Position numbers and translations under genes: made by a program. The notes beneath the pieces were generated by a model. It was not told the origin of the DNA. It did no database searches and was given only the letters and a program-made list of their open reading frames with translations. A stretch of DNA of 64,000 nucleotides, taken from assembly GCA_035084275.1 (NCBI GenBank), contig CM068760.1, positions 8,060,001-8,124,000 of the forward strand. The letters run 5' to 3'. This stretch comes from Hydrolagus colliei. Taxonomy: Eukaryota. Shown here one piece after another: positions 11,066 to 24,365 of the stretch (positions are counted from its first letter, which is position 1; each line of letters starts with the position of its first letter).

Positions 11066-11185
11066 CAGAATCATAGAATCCTACTGTACAGATGGAGGTC
11101 GTTCAGCTCACCTTGCCTGTGTCGGCTGTTTGAAAGAGCGACCAACTCGTCCCACTCCTCTTTCCCCATAACCTTGCAATTTTTT
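11066..11185 (-). mobile_element. CR1 LINE 3' end fragment
   Basis: (ATTCTATG)-type tail (cacagaatcatagaatc on +) and 3' UTR homologous to 25330-25436. Confidence 0.72.
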
Positions 11186-11517
11186 CAGGCACTTTCAGGC
11201 AGCACCTTTCCAAACCGCAACACGACTCGCTGCGTTTTGGTTCTTCTGCCAAGAAATGACGCAAAATTGTTGGAACGTTTATTTCCGTTTGACGCCATTG
11301 CCTCAGGCTCGTCGCAGTAGGTGTGATGAGCCGACACTGTGAGAGACCACCTGCTTGAGGAGAGCCTTGGAGCGCGAGTGGGAAACTGAATTGCGTTTGC
11401 TATGGGTTTGCTACGAGCGGTTAAAGATTTTACCAATCTCACTGCGACCGCTGTTGTACGTACATATATACCGTCGCTTGTGTTGTGTAAAACGAGTGAT
11501 ATTTTCTTCTGTTCCAG

Positions 11518-11585
11518 GGATGCTGGTGGTTATTGTGTTGCTGCTGATTGCCATTGTTGTGGTTGCTGTCTGGCCAGTTAAATGA
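11518..11585 (+). CDS. stx8: Syntaxin-8 last coding exon (C-terminal transmembrane anchor)
   Basis: ttttcttctgttccag|GG ATG CTG GTG...TGG CCA GTT AAA TGA, 68 bp. Translates as (G)MLVVIVLLLIAIVVVAVWPVK*, against human STX8 GMIMVILLLLVAIVVVAVWPTN*. STX8 is the tail-to-tail neighbour of NTN1 in human. Confidence 0.92.
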
Positions 11586-12095
11586 ACCAACTCTGGCACA
11601 AATCGTCGCTCTGTCCTCGGCGATTGCGGTAGAGGATACACAGCGAGCGGCTCGTCCTTCCTAACCAATTCCTGACTTCACGGCGACAAGATTTAAAATG
11701 ATACAGCTATTCAAGCAATACTATACTTTTCGATCTGTTTAATATGCTATCCTCCTGTTAGCTAGCACTAATGAAACAATAGATTGTTTTAAGACTGAAG
11801 AACAAACTAAACAAAATGAATTCAATGCAGTAATGAATTGCTAGAGGACCTCGGGTTGAGGTAATGTAGCATCTTAAGGGATGTAAGCAATGCCTCCTAT
11901 TTATCTTATGTTTTTGGAGCACTCGCCTTTTGTGTTCCTCTATGTGCATGTACATATGTTTTTCTCTTTAGAAAGGTTTAGGAGCAGCCCGACTGCAAGC
12001 ACATTGAAGTGCTGTTTCCTTTGCCAAACGCATATTTTAAAATCTCCTCTTAAATCATCGTAAATTGTTGAGAAATGTTCGGATAAGTTTTTAAA

Positions 12096-12105
12096 AATAA
12101 ATAAA
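12096..12105 (+). terminator. Candidate stx8 polyadenylation signal (overlapping AATAAA pair)
   Basis: AATAAATAAA about 510 nt after the stx8 stop codon; further AATAAA at 12562 and 12691. Confidence 0.45.
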
Positions 12106-13084
12106 TTCTAAAGAGCACTAACGGAATGCATTGAAACCTTTTTACACGTATTGATTTGCCTCCGTTGCTATCTGTCCCATTTAATCTTTTATATCAATGA
12201 GGTGGACACGGCAATTGTAAATGATTCCTGTTCAAGGCGGCAAAGCCCACACAATTACTCTGCGTTCCCTGGGAAAATGATTTTCTGTGTGCTTGCGGGG
12301 TCAGTGAAGGGGCTCTTGTGAGGGCACGGGGAGTGTGCGCTATCTCACGCCTTGTAAACAGTGTTACTGTTCACACGCCTTCATGAAATTGAAACTTGGA
12401 ACAAATTGCTCTGTGTGGAGATTCCAATCTTAACAGAACAGTAATTACACAGATTTCCCCATAAATTCGATACTGTCACATGCTTGGACCTGCAATCTTA
12501 TGTGTTCAATTTTTGTAAGCGTTTACTAAAAGAATCCTAAATGTGGGATAAAATGAAGAGAAATAAATATTTTACAACAGCTTTTACGTTTTTGTGTAAC
12601 ATTAATAACATTCTTTGATAATATATATATTATATATTTATATAAAAGTTTCAAGATATGATGTATTCTTCAGCTGGATACTACCCCTTCAATAAAAAAT
12701 CTTCTATTTGTTTCTGGTAAGTAATGTTCAAAGACAAAGGACAAATTGAGACCATTGATTTATCTGTTTGGTGTTTGCTGCTATCGTTGGGTGATCAAAC
12801 GATTCGGAAAACTTTTGACTTGTAGTTAATTGTTGTTATTGATTGTTTTCCCCTCTTTCCACTCCCCCAAGAAGTTACCTTTGTGTTTGGCTTCCAGAAT
12901 ACATAAGATGTGCCTTTGTGGTGACACTAAGATGCATAGTAGGTTCATCAGGATGATCGGGGCCCAAATCAAATACAAGTTTATTTTTTAATTATTTTCC
13001 AAAGCTTCCTCCTAAATATTCCAACCGGATTCTATGTTACTTCCACCTCCCCCTCCTCCTCTGAAGGCAACTCTTGTTGAGCAG

Positions 13085-13320
13085 TGTAGGTCACAGCAAC
13101 TAAATTACACTTGTACAGCGTCTTTCATGTCAGGGGATGTCCCAAGTCTTGGACAGTCATTGTTTCAGACCCAACTGTGGACAGGGGGGTGGAGCGAAGG
13201 TAAGGGGGGGATTAGGAGTAGGCGATGGGACCATCGAAGTGGAGGGTTTTGAGGTGGGACTTGAAGGAGGGGGTGAGGTGGACAGACTGTGGGATGGAGT
13301 TCCAAATGTTGGGGGCAGAG
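13085..13320 (-). mobile_element. L2 LINE 3' fragment
   Basis: cagcgtctttcatgtcaggggatgtcccaag hairpin, then gagggttttgaggtgggacttgaagg...ggagttcca. Confidence 0.62.
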
Positions 13321-13667
13321 TGGCATTATTCCACAATTGTTGAGGACTAGACTAGTTAGATGAACTATTTAATAACACGGATCATCATAGCACTATCCTC
13401 CATCCAAACAAAGTCCTTCCAGCAGAGATTTCTTGATACTTGGTTACCATTGCCCTTCCCGCAGTTGGAGCCAACAAAGTTGATTGTGGCTTCCCTTCTC
13501 CTACTGCTGCTCTGACTGGGCAACGAGATTTGGAAAAACCCTGAACAATTTTATATTTGTTATATATTGTATAAAATAAGTGCCACAAGGTTGAGATAAG
13601 ACTGTGGAGCTCTGTAGGGTTCACATGATGTTTAGACAGTCAGCTTCATACGAAGGTCTCATCTGAA

Positions 13668-13946
13668 TCACAGAATATACTTATAAAGTGAATTGACTGT
13701 ATATTTGTGGACAAAAAGCGGCAGCCAATTGCACACAGCAGTGTCCCACAAACAATCGTGGATTGGAAGTGACCGATTTATTATTATTTTTTAAAAAGGA
13801 ATTAATACCCCACGGAAACGTGATCCGCCAATCAACTAACAACCAGGTTCCTACTTACTGCTCGGTAAACAGGTGTGTGGAATAAGGAAACTTACCCAAC
13901 ATTTCGCCTGCCGGGAATTCAACCCAGGTCGCCAGGCGAGTGTTCT
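13668..13946 (-). mobile_element. Dominant SINE, long variant
   Basis: Family core plus the extra segment gatccgccaatcaactaacaaccaggttcctacttactgctcggtaaacag. Confidence 0.82.
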
Positions 13947-14124
13947 TGTAATGCACATGGAAGGAACAATTGTAACCGTCTTCAAAACCTTTTTATCATG
14001 ACCACTTTCTTTAATTTGTCGGAAATCCATTTCCTTTCTGTCGTTGCTGTTTTATGTCTTGTGTGTGTGTGTGTGCGCGCGTGCATGCGAGCCAAATCCA
14101 CATTAAGAATATGCAGACCAAGTT

Positions 14125-16266
14125 CTTGTTATATTGTTTACAAGACTTTATTCAACTGAATTCTGGATTTAGTTCTATCAAGTGTGGGGTGTTCAGCAGT
14201 TATAGTACATTTTTCACGTCTGGTTCAATTACAGCCATCTAAACAACCAAAAAAAAACACACCATTTTTTTATGTGTAATTAAATATATTCATATATAAT
14301 AATGATAATATATTAGTATGCATTGTAGGAAAACATTGCAAACTAGGCAATGATCATAACTAAACAACATTTACAGTTCAACTTATTAACAGATAAAAGC
14401 AGAGCCCGACAGGTCTGTGTAACAGGGGAGATGGTCATTATAAAGTCTAGGTTAGCAGGAGTATGGCTGAACTGATATAAAATTCTTTATCCAGAACTAC
14501 ATTACATCAATATAAACACACACCTCCAATAATGTCAGTCAATGCAGCCGCACGCTAAATGTGCAGCCGTGAGGTACCCTTGAGGATGTTTACCCTGTTA
14601 CAGAACTCATTCCTTTCTTTAGTACCTCTTGTTTCTTTTAGACTTAAGGAATCTACTTCATACGGCTTTTTAAAAAAAAAATTGTACGATTATACTGGTT
14701 TAATGTTAGTCGCTTCTACTTTATATTTCATAGCCCGGTGAATGTGAGTTGGAGAATGAGCTGCTCACACACTTGTAAACAGGGTCACAGTGAAGGCAAG
14801 GATCATTCCTGCGACCTGAGTTGGTTGGTTAATGGAGACACTGATCAGCAAGGTTGATATGTCACTTTGCCCCAGTAGAACTAAACTCGTTTGTGGTAGC
14901 AGCGGTAAATGATTGCCCGTAATCACTGCCGCAGTTCGAACTATAAACGTTCAGGTGTGAGGTTTAGTGTGCAAGGCAATGAATCAGAACCAACAGGTCT
15001 GCCAGGGGAAAGTGGGGGAGGAATTCAATACATCGCTCGGTTGTATTTTTCTTATCTAAAAGATTACATTTTCTGGCTGCGAGTAATTTTAAATCTATCC
15101 AGGTCTTTCAATGAAGTACTAACTATACACATTACAAAGCTTGAATGAATTTGACTATATGTTACATTTTCTTTCATAGAAGGATAAAGAGAAGAAGCAA
15201 GTGTCAGTGAATTTGCATTTGTTTTTCTCGTCCTTGTGCAGCAAAACTAGCACTTTTGCGAACCTGTAACAGAATTCAATTTGAAAAGAAAATATAGCTT
15301 TATTCCGGCAAAATTCATGCTGAGAGTTTTTTTCTATTTGAATACAGTATTTCTTGCGTGTATTGATTTGCATTTACCCTATTTGAGGCTGTTTTGCAGC
15401 CAGGCTTTCTACAGGCTGCAAAAGCAGATCCAATTTATCACAAAAACTCCTCTGTAATAAGCTCAGAGAATTTCTTATCAAAGGGACATCGACAGACTCA
15501 GTGCTTTAATCATGAGGCAGACAGAGTGTGGCGTCCAGTATTTTAGCACTTTGAGCTAAATGAATGTGGTCAAAACTTGACAAGAGGCGAAACGAAGGTA
15601 GGGAGAAAGTAAAGGAAACAAAACAAAACATTGTAGTGGCACTGTGAAGTTTTAGAAAGTTTTTCTTTACTCTTTAAAAACATTGGAGTTAGCAATACAA
15701 TGTCCTGAACAATCGCCCATGAGGACTGTGGTTCCCGACAGGCTTGCTTTACAGTATCGCATTGCATTCCCACATGCTGAGTGTTAACCAGGGCTCGGGA
15801 AGAAGGCAGAAACTCAAACAGTTTAGGTTAATTATATCGTTAAAAAGTTAACAACTTGGTCAGAATCAAAGCAAATGCTCGCACGAGACCTCGCACTTAA
15901 TCTGGAATCAGCAGTTTATGATTGTGTGTGTGTTGTGTGTTTTTCCCCCTTTTAACAAAAACTCAGACCGCTGGATATGCAGAAAGAGCAAAGAGTGAAA
16001 AGTATTTTGGTTGTGTAACCAACCACACTGGTCTCCGTTTTCAGAAGGTGCGGAGATGTCACGTAAAGAGAAGTCCATCTTTATTGTAATTTCATTTATT
16101 TTTTGTTGTTGAATTTTGAAATCAGCATTGGGTGCAAACTCGGCCATTCCAAAACAAATAAAAAATAATTAAAAAAATCCCAAACTGCCAGATGAATTCC
16201 TTCACAAGTTCCTAATTTTAATCCTAACGTCTGCTCCTGCTCACACTCAAGCAGCACAGTTTCTTT
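14125..16266 (-). other. ntn1: Probable ntn1 3' UTR
   Basis: About 2.1 kb without recognisable transposon copies follows the stop codon. - strand AATAAA hexamers occur at 16095-16100, 16080-16085, 15299-15304 and 14147-14152. The end point is inferred. Confidence 0.55.
14147..14152 (-). terminator. Candidate distal polyadenylation signal of ntn1
   Basis: AATAAA on the - strand at the end of an AU-rich, repeat-free UTR-like block; repeats resume below about 13950. Confidence 0.5.
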
Positions 16267-16595
16267 CTATGCCTTTTTGCACTTGCCTTTCTTCTCCCTC
16301 TGTTGGAATTTCCGCAGCCTCCTCGCCCACGTGTCCCTCCATTGTATCACCAAACTGTTTTTGTTCGCTACGACCCCATTCTGGTCTGGGGAATCCTCGT
16401 CGTTCCCTAAGATCAGGTACTTTTTGCCGGTTTTTATTTTCGGACACCGGCAGGCGATGTCCTTGGACCGAACCCAGAGGAATTGATCGCCTCGCCGTAT
16501 CCGTTTCCCTCCCTGTTTGTACACCGAGATGATGTTCACGATAAACTTCCACCATTCGCTGGCTTTCTCTGCCTTCAAAATGTGGGCTTGGACAG
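16267..16595 (-). CDS. ntn1: Netrin-1 terminal coding exon (NTR domain, RGD motif, basic C-terminus)
   Basis: tgtag|CT GTC CAA GCC...AAG GCA TAG, 329 bp. Translates as (A)[37 protein letters not shown]...[25 protein letters not shown]. The C-terminus matches netrin-1 rather than netrin-2/3. Confidence 0.97.
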
Positions 16596-16677
16596 CTACA
16601 GGGGTGGGGTGGGGGGAGAAAAGAAGACAGTGTAACTAACCATCATGGACAGAATGCCTCAAAAAGTTCTTCCATCT

Positions 16678-16884
16678 AATAATACCTCCAAAAAACAAAC
16701 GATAATAAATTGGTCATTTCCACCCAAGGCTGTTTGTGGGATGCCACTGTGTGCAATTGGCTGCTGAGTTTCGCCCACAAAATACACAATCAGTTCACTT
16801 TATAGTATATTCTGTGAAGCGTTTTGAGACACCTCGAAGACGTGATAAAGTACTCTTATCAAATGCCAGGATTATTATTATTAT
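16678..16884 (+). mobile_element. Dominant SINE, headless copy in the last ntn1 intron
   Basis: Family body and tail, about 80 bp from the terminal-exon acceptor. Confidence 0.85.
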
Positions 16885-18046
16885 CATCTGTGGGTATGGC
16901 CCAAGTTTCGACCATGTTTGCTTGGGAGACCACAAGTTGTTACCATGTTGAAGGTTTCCACAGTAATTCTGAGGAAAGAGGACACAGCACAAGGTATTGG
17001 AAAAGATGCTACCAAGTAAACAAGACTTAACGTTTGACTGAGGATGTAGCTGCAACTTTAATAGCCAATTTTCACCAACCTACAAGTATTCTTGGTTAAG
17101 CAACACAGTGAATTCTTCCTAGACAGCATAATGAATTTATTAAAATAAGATGGAGGTGGTGGTGGGGGGAGCAGGTAGACTAGGCGCTATGCCTTATAAA
17201 CTCTACAGTGCCTTTGTTCCAGGGTAATAATTAAAACTACAGGCTGGTTACAAGGAATAGAACCAGTTGTGATTGTCTATGCCTCGAGAAAATTTACTGC
17301 TTTCCGTTAGTTGTCCAAACAGGAACCCACAAGGTCCTCGCATTCCTTCAACTGCGATTGTGAGAAGCCCAAAGCAGGTTTGGTTTGCAGTTTGTCACTG
17401 TCCCCAGTGTCTCTCGCTCCGCCCTAGTCACTTGCCTTTGTATTGTGCGCTTCTCTCTCTCCCTCCCTCTCTCTGCAGATCATTCTGTATTAGAAACTTC
17501 TGTTACTTCCCCACCAAACAAAGTGCCACTCAAAAGTTCCCGCCTTTATTTCAGTTTCGTTTTTTTTGTCCTGAGCAAGGCAAGTGAGTGTTAATGTTGG
17601 ACCCCAAAAGCTCACTCACACCATGTTTATCACTCGTTCCCATTATTTGGAAGTCAATATTTTTCGCCAGCTTTCGCTGTGTTGTGTGCATTCTCTGCCT
17701 GTGGAATCCTGCGACACTCACAGGCCTTATTCGATAGGAAATTCATAGGAAGTCGCTTCACTTGACAGGCAGCCAAATTTCAAGTGATTATTACCTCTGA
17801 TGAGTGATTTATAAGGTGCTGCTTCTCATAGGTGTTGTGTCGGTTAAAAGCAGAGGGCTGTTGTAAAACAGTCACTACGCTCTTGGTGTTAAATGCTTCT
17901 GAAGCTCCTTGAGTTACTTTGACACGCGGCGTTATGAAAATGCAAAGTTCTTTCTCATTCTGACTGTCTCGCCCTTTTTAATTATGGTGTGCAGGCGTAG
18001 AACCATAGAAATTTACGGCGCAGAATAAGATCATTCAACCGATCCT

Positions 18047-18192
18047 CCAGCTCAGTTGTTACTGCACTCGCCTCGCAAGCGTTGGGCAAGTCTCCTTACT
18101 CCACACACCACTGTTTACCTAACAGTAGGTAGGAACTCAGTTGTTAATCGATTGGCGGATCGCTTTTCTGGGGGGTAATTATTGCTTAAAAA
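18047..18192 (+). mobile_element. SINE long-variant 5' half
   Basis: cagctcagttgtt...gggcaagtctccttactccacac...ctgtttacctaacagtaggtaggaactc...gattggcggatcgc. Confidence 0.72.
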
Positions 18193-19134
18193 GAAGCCTG
18201 TGCTGGCTCGGTGAAGGAGCAATCTGTTGAGTCCAGTCATGAGAACAGAACTGGTTCCAAACGATTCAATTCTGCCTTTGGTGCGGGTGCGAGTTTTGTG
18301 GAAAGGAGCAATGAAGCCGTTCCACCACCGACTGACCTCCCTTCTGAGCAGAAGGAAATCTGCCGAGTGCAAGGGGTGATCACAGGGCAGAGGAAGCTGG
18401 GAAAATACATTTGGCAGAACTCAATGGAAGGTAATGCGGCTTGAAATAACAAAAGTGATATCTCGCTCTGGAAATTTGTTTGGAAAGCTCATCTGTCTGG
18501 GAGTATATTGTTTCCAATGTCATGGTACAGGAATTAATAACAGGCGTTTTTTTTGGTCTATGTTCCTGCAATAAAGGCTTATGTGCTTCTTGTGGAAAGG
18601 GAGATTTCGAGACATGGAAAGAGTGGTCAAGTTTGACGCCCTCTGTTCCTTGACCTAACTTGTTCTCGCTCACTTTGGAGGAACGGGATCCTGCTAAACA
18701 TAAATAGACGGATCTTTGAAGTCGCCACCCATTGCCTTGAGTCTGTCTGTGTTGGGTGTTGGCTGAACACCACGCCCTCTGCGCCCTGTACTTTGTGGCT
18801 AGGGAGTGGGAATCCACCACCAGATAAACACCCAAGGCCGTGGCTTTTACAGCTGTGTTCATCATCCATTGTCTGATGTAACTGCAGCTCAAATCACTGC
18901 CCGCATCTGTATCATAAATCAACAAAGAATGAATCAACGGGAACAATTCTCTTTTGGATTTGCTGGGAAAAAAATGTCACACAGAAAGGAATTAACTCTT
19001 AGGTTGCATTGCCGTTCTAATTTGCTGTGGGGACATTTTCAGTTTGGCCTTTATCGAGACGTGCATCAAAACCACTTGTAACTAGGAGCCAGAGTGAAGA
19101 ATAAAATGACTTATCAATGGATTAACAGGGTGAG

Positions 19135-19630
19135 ACACTTGACCGGATTGACGCAGTGGCACTTATCTCTGAGGGCTTCAAGCCCTGTGGCAAGATTCGA
19201 ACACCTAATGGAGAATGGCAGTACAGTAACGTGTAATGTACAGTAATGAGGGAATGCTACATTGTCCCTTGGGTGAGCTGTCGTTACCGAGGCTCCGTCT
19301 GCCTGTTCTGGTTATCCAAGTAGCTGTTCAAGGTCCCACGGCACCGCTTTGAAGAAATGATCCCCAGAAAGACAAATTTATTGTCTATTTATTTCCGTTT
19401 GCACGTTACAAAGGCGAAGCTACATCCGCTGCGAGCGCACTCCGAAGGTAACACTCATGTGTGAAATACCTGAGTGGCATGTGAGGTGGTAAGAGGTTTA
19501 CAGTTGTCGAAATGATACTAAGATCGTCCACAAATATACAGTCAATTCACTTTACAGTATATTGTGTAAAGTGCTTTGAGACGTCTTGAAGACGTGAAAG
19601 GCACTTTATCAAATGCAAGGATTATTATTA
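19135..19630 (+). mobile_element. Decayed Deu-SINE (19135-19480) followed by a young SINE 3' end (19527-19630)
   Basis: cagtaatgagggaatgctacattgtc...ccgaggctccgtctgcctgttc...gtcccacggcac; then the family tail. Confidence 0.6.
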
Positions 19631-21258
19631 CAGTATTATTACTGTATTAAGATTCAGGCCTCAGAGAAAAGACTACCTGAGCCAGAATCTTAACCTGCCT
19701 GGGTGGCAGATGAGATATTGCATTTGGTTTTTCTGTCCGTGGGTTAGGGAATAAGCACTGGGAGAACATTGGGTAAGAACTGGATCAGACTCTGATACCA
19801 AATCCATGGTCAATTCACACAGCTCACTGTGTGATCTCCCACCCCAAGAACAGTCACTGAGATGACGTACTGGCTTTTGGAAACAGACTCCATCCAGCAA
19901 GAGCCAACGCCTTCAAAGGAGAGGAAGGGTCAGAAAGAATATTGACATGGAGGAACACAAATTATTCTAACGTGCGTTACGTTCAGGGGCTGTCTCATTG
20001 AAGCCATACAGTTGGAAGGTCTTTCTTTCAGGAACAGTCCGAAGGCAATTTACTTAGAGCAGCTGCTGCTGTACACCTTCCAAGTGAATGAACAAAAAAT
20101 GTTGTGAAGAGACCTTGGAACGAGTTACCTGACCTCACTTGTAGCTAGCGATTGAGGCATAACTCTGGGTGATCCTAAACAAAACGGCAGCAAGCAGCAA
20201 AATTAAGAAGATAAAAGTAATCCAGACACTGATAATGCAGAGAGGTCAAACAAACCAAACAGTAGTGTGTTGGACTCCCAATCTAAGAGTCACAAAATTT
20301 AAGCCTCGCTGGATCTTGTTGGGCAGTTTCACCAGTTTGCAGCCACCGGGTGGCGGACTGCACAGGAATAGAATGTTGCGTCTCAGAGAAATTTGACTTT
20401 ACATGCCTTGGGTCTGCCATCATCAAAGCTACGCAGTGGGTGAGAGAGTGCGTATTTCATTCCAGCAGTCCCTCTCCGGAATTTCTATGTCTAGGTGGGA
20501 TGCATGGTATTCTCAGTTTGGTTTGGCAACTCTTACGCGCAGTGATGGGTTTCCACATCTGTCAGATGCGGTGAGCCCCCCCAAAAATCATCAAACCTCC
20601 TTGAAGATGGGCATGAATGTTCAGAGTTGGGAAAAAATAGCACTCACTACTAATGCAAAAAACAACTAAAGGGAATTCTTGTATTTTTGTATCATGGAAA
20701 GCAGCTGAACTAAACCAGGGGGAGAAATGGGTGTCAGGATGAATGAGATGGCCAGAGAGTGAAAGAACACTAAAGTTAGCCAGTGCTATTGAAACCATGC
20801 AACCTGATAATATTTGTGCAATATGCTTAAAAAAAAGTACAAATGATAAAATGACAGAAGAAATCACAATATCTCCAAATGATGCACATCAATTCACAGA
20901 GGTAAGTGGGAACATACAGTGAAATTGTCATTGTATCTGCGATAATATCCTCTGGCTGTCAGCATTTGAATTTCTATTCATTCCACCGATGTTCTGCTGA
21001 ATTAAAAAGGTTTTTTTTTCCACAAATTTGACTTATCACCTGCAAAGACTTGCCGCTGATTTCACTCGGTTCATTCATAAAAGCTAGAATTCATAGAGTT
21101 TGGGAGTGGGGGGGAGGAGGTTGGGGGGGTTGCAGCTGAAAGTACGGTCGAAAAGGAGGGTCTTGAGTTGGGCCTTGAACATTGGAATGAACAACACAAG
21201 TGTGTATCAGCAGTAAAGACACTCAATGCGTAAGGTGCTGCGAGTTGTTGCAGCTTTA

Positions 21259-21460
21259 TAATAATAATCCTTGCATTTGATATAGCGCTTTTCACATCTC
21301 ATCGACGTCTCAAAGCGTTTCACAGAATGTGGTGTAAAGTGAATTGACTGTATATTTGTGGGCGAAACAGGGCAGCCAATTGCGCACAGCGGTGTCCCCA
21401 CAAACAGTCATGGATTGAAATGACCAATTTTTACTATTGTGGTTTTTTGGGGGATGGATT
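21259..21460 (-). mobile_element. Dominant SINE, headless
   Basis: Family body and tail. Confidence 0.85.
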
Positions 21461-24331
21461 AAGGAAAGTACGTTGAAATATAAATTAGCAATCATTTATG
21501 TAGGTTTAAACTGAGACTGCAGGATTCACATGGAAATTACCCTGCCCCAGACTGGAGGTGATATGGACTCGAAACCTCATGTCACCAGGCTGGCAGAGCT
21601 GTTCATTTGCAAGGAGCACAGTTAAAAACAAAAGTTCCTTCTGGCTCCTGCATTACTGATGGGGCAACAAAATATAAAGCAGTCTGCACGTATTAAGAGA
21701 CATTTGATCCCTCTGCCACTACTTAAAATATAACGCAGGGAATATTAAATACAGTACATCCAATCTGAGCTGCTTCGAACTGAATCAAATTCACTTGTAA
21801 AGCTATCTGAATGGGCTCAATTTATCTCAGTTGATTCAGGGCTTGAGGAATAAATTGCTGCGTTCTGAAACATGCTTAGAAGTACATTTGTACAGCACCT
21901 TTCACGTCAGGAGGATGTCTGGACAATGAGGGATTCAGATCTGAGCTGGGGGTGGGACGAGGTGGGATAAGAGAGGGTGGAGGATGATCGAAGACACGGT
22001 CAAAGATGGCTCGGTCAATGAAAACACTTTATAAGTATTATAAATGGTTTATTAATAAGTACTATTGAATCTGGCATCTTCCTTCCACAACCCACACATT
22101 TGAGATTTGTAGCTGGTGAAACCCCATCCCTAGCTTATGGCTGTGCAGTATATGAGCTACTCTGCAGCTATCAGATTATACACGAGCCGCTTTCAGCAGA
22201 GGAGGAGAGGGCGGGTGGGGGGAAGAGGCACTTCTTATGGCAGACACCATCCCAGTTTATTGGCAGAAAGGCTTTCACTGTAATCCCAAAAAATAAAGCC
22301 CTCCTGATGATCACAGGCAAAGTGGATTAGTTTGAGCTCTGGCAGTCAAAACCTCGCTGAGCTGATCGGAGGAAATCGCCTGTAATTTGTAATTGAGGGA
22401 GCTGTTAAAGTGAGCAGCAGGAGCCCTTGTATAGACATGTGACACTTCCTAGTTCCAGCTCTACCCCCTGAGGGGGCAGAAAATCAAATGAGTCACAGCT
22501 TTCACTGAGATGCTGTTGGTCTCTCTGTGACGTGTGCTGCTACCAATCATCAGCGAGCCTTGGCCCTTTCCCAATCGAGTGCTTACATTCTCGTGAGGCC
22601 TTATGGCAGTTTTTAAAGGATTTGAATGTATACAAATGCCACAAAAATGGATTTACTTGTGAGGGTTTTACAGTCCAGTTGCTGAGATGCCTGGTGGAAT
22701 CATACATTCTACCCCACTCGCATCCTTGTTTCATTATTTTATAAGTTGAATTGTAAGTTGAATTTCACCCACAAATATTCACTCAATTCACTTCACAGTA
22801 TATTCTGTGAAGCGCTATATGAAATGCAAGGATTAATATTATAGTGAACAGTACTGTAATCCCACACACATAGTGCGATGCGCAGTATGAATCAAACGCC
22901 AAGCTTGCCCACGTTGCCTGTTGCGTCGACTCGTACAGTCACAGTATCATCACAACTCTCACCGCGAGCTGTGGTTTTGCGCTTCGCCTTTCCTCTCTGC
23001 TCACAGGTTTTAGCGACTGACAATTTCAGCCAGTTACCAGAGTTGAATTAGTCATTTTGAATTGGATCACGCGTTGGCATTATCACCGTAACAGCCTATT
23101 GTAAAGGACGCACTCCACACACTTTGCCCGGTGGAGACATGGAGCAGTCAGATCCAAAAGTGTAGATCAACAGCCTCAATTGGCCTCGACAGCCAATTGC
23201 GATGATATTGATTGGGACTTCACAGTTTACCCGTCAGATCTCTTGCTTGCCGCAGATTGGACGTCAATGTGTTACGTGTCTACCTGTCCTCAGGTGTGTG
23301 TGAAAGATCCCAGGCTGAGAGTGGCTCAGAAAGAGAAGGAAGTTGCTCCCGATGTCCTGGCCGACAAAATCCTTCAAAGTAATCGCTCATTCACCTCGTG
23401 GCTGTTTATGGGTCTTGTGCTGCCTGCAAAATTGCTGCTACATTGGCTTACAAAAAAGATAGTGACTACCCAGCTTCCATAAATAATTACCGTGAAGCGG
23501 TCTGGAAAGTTTCGATGTGTAAGTCATTATTGAATTCAGCTTAAAGCATTAGAAATCAATTGCCGAGGAGAAATAATCTTAAAAAGTAGAATGCATTTTT
23601 TTTAAAAAATGCATTTTATTTTAAGTTTGCGTTGAAACTCAACATACTTTTTTTTTTGCAAAATTAGATTTGGAAATTTCACTCACAAATAAATCGGTTC
23701 CCCAGTTTGCTTACGGCTCCAGTAACCAACCGTCTGAGGACTCAAAGGAGCTTATTCTCTTCCCGTGTAGAATTTGCTGACATGCTCTAAGAGTTATTCT
23801 TCTCTGATGACTAAGTTAAGCAAAAGTGCACTCAGTCATTTATGAATAATGATGTTGCACAGTTATATAGATCATTTTAATTTTTACCTCTTTAACTTGT
23901 TGCAATTTAAAATTGAGTTAATTATTTCCATGCAGATAGTGACAAATTAGTTCACTTAATGAAGGAAACAGAACAGCCTTTAAATAACCTTCAGCAACAT
24001 TGAACAAATGGAATAGTTTTATCCCCTTGCTATCCCTTCTCTCCCCCTCCCCATAGTCCCCCACCCACCGCTCCCCACCGCCCAGAACCTTTCTGGTTTT
24101 AGAATGAGTGAATATTGTGTAGATTTGAGATTTGGGGTTTGTTAGCTTTGAAACAAATTTTTAGCAACAAGCAAAAGAAAATCCTTTGTTTTGTTTTTGA
24201 TTTTGATGCAGAAATCTCCTTTGGGCCCTAAGAAAGCTAACTCCAGTGGGGTCAGAATGGTATCAACAGGGCTGGCTTTGTCTTGGGAATGTCAGCCTGT
24301 GGCACCTGCGATTTTCCGGATAACCCTTCAG

Positions 24332-24362
<31 letters not shown>
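24332..24362. repeat. (CT)n microsatellite
   Basis: Direct reading of the sequence. Confidence 0.95.

Positions 24363-24365
<3 letters not shown>

Noticed and set aside
16096-16266. 56 open codons in frame after the ntn1 TAG (possible read-through extension)
   Set aside because: The TAG-A context is not a known leaky stop, and the peptide runs through T/A homopolymer-rich UTR sequence.
16247-16555. 102-aa overlapping ORF in the ntn1 last exon, plus antisense ORFs
   Set aside because: Shadow frames of a real exon with no independent coding evidence.
18380-18946. 188-aa ORF on the ntn1 strand in the last intron
   Set aside because: No recognisable domain or convincing splice context; treated as a chance ORF.
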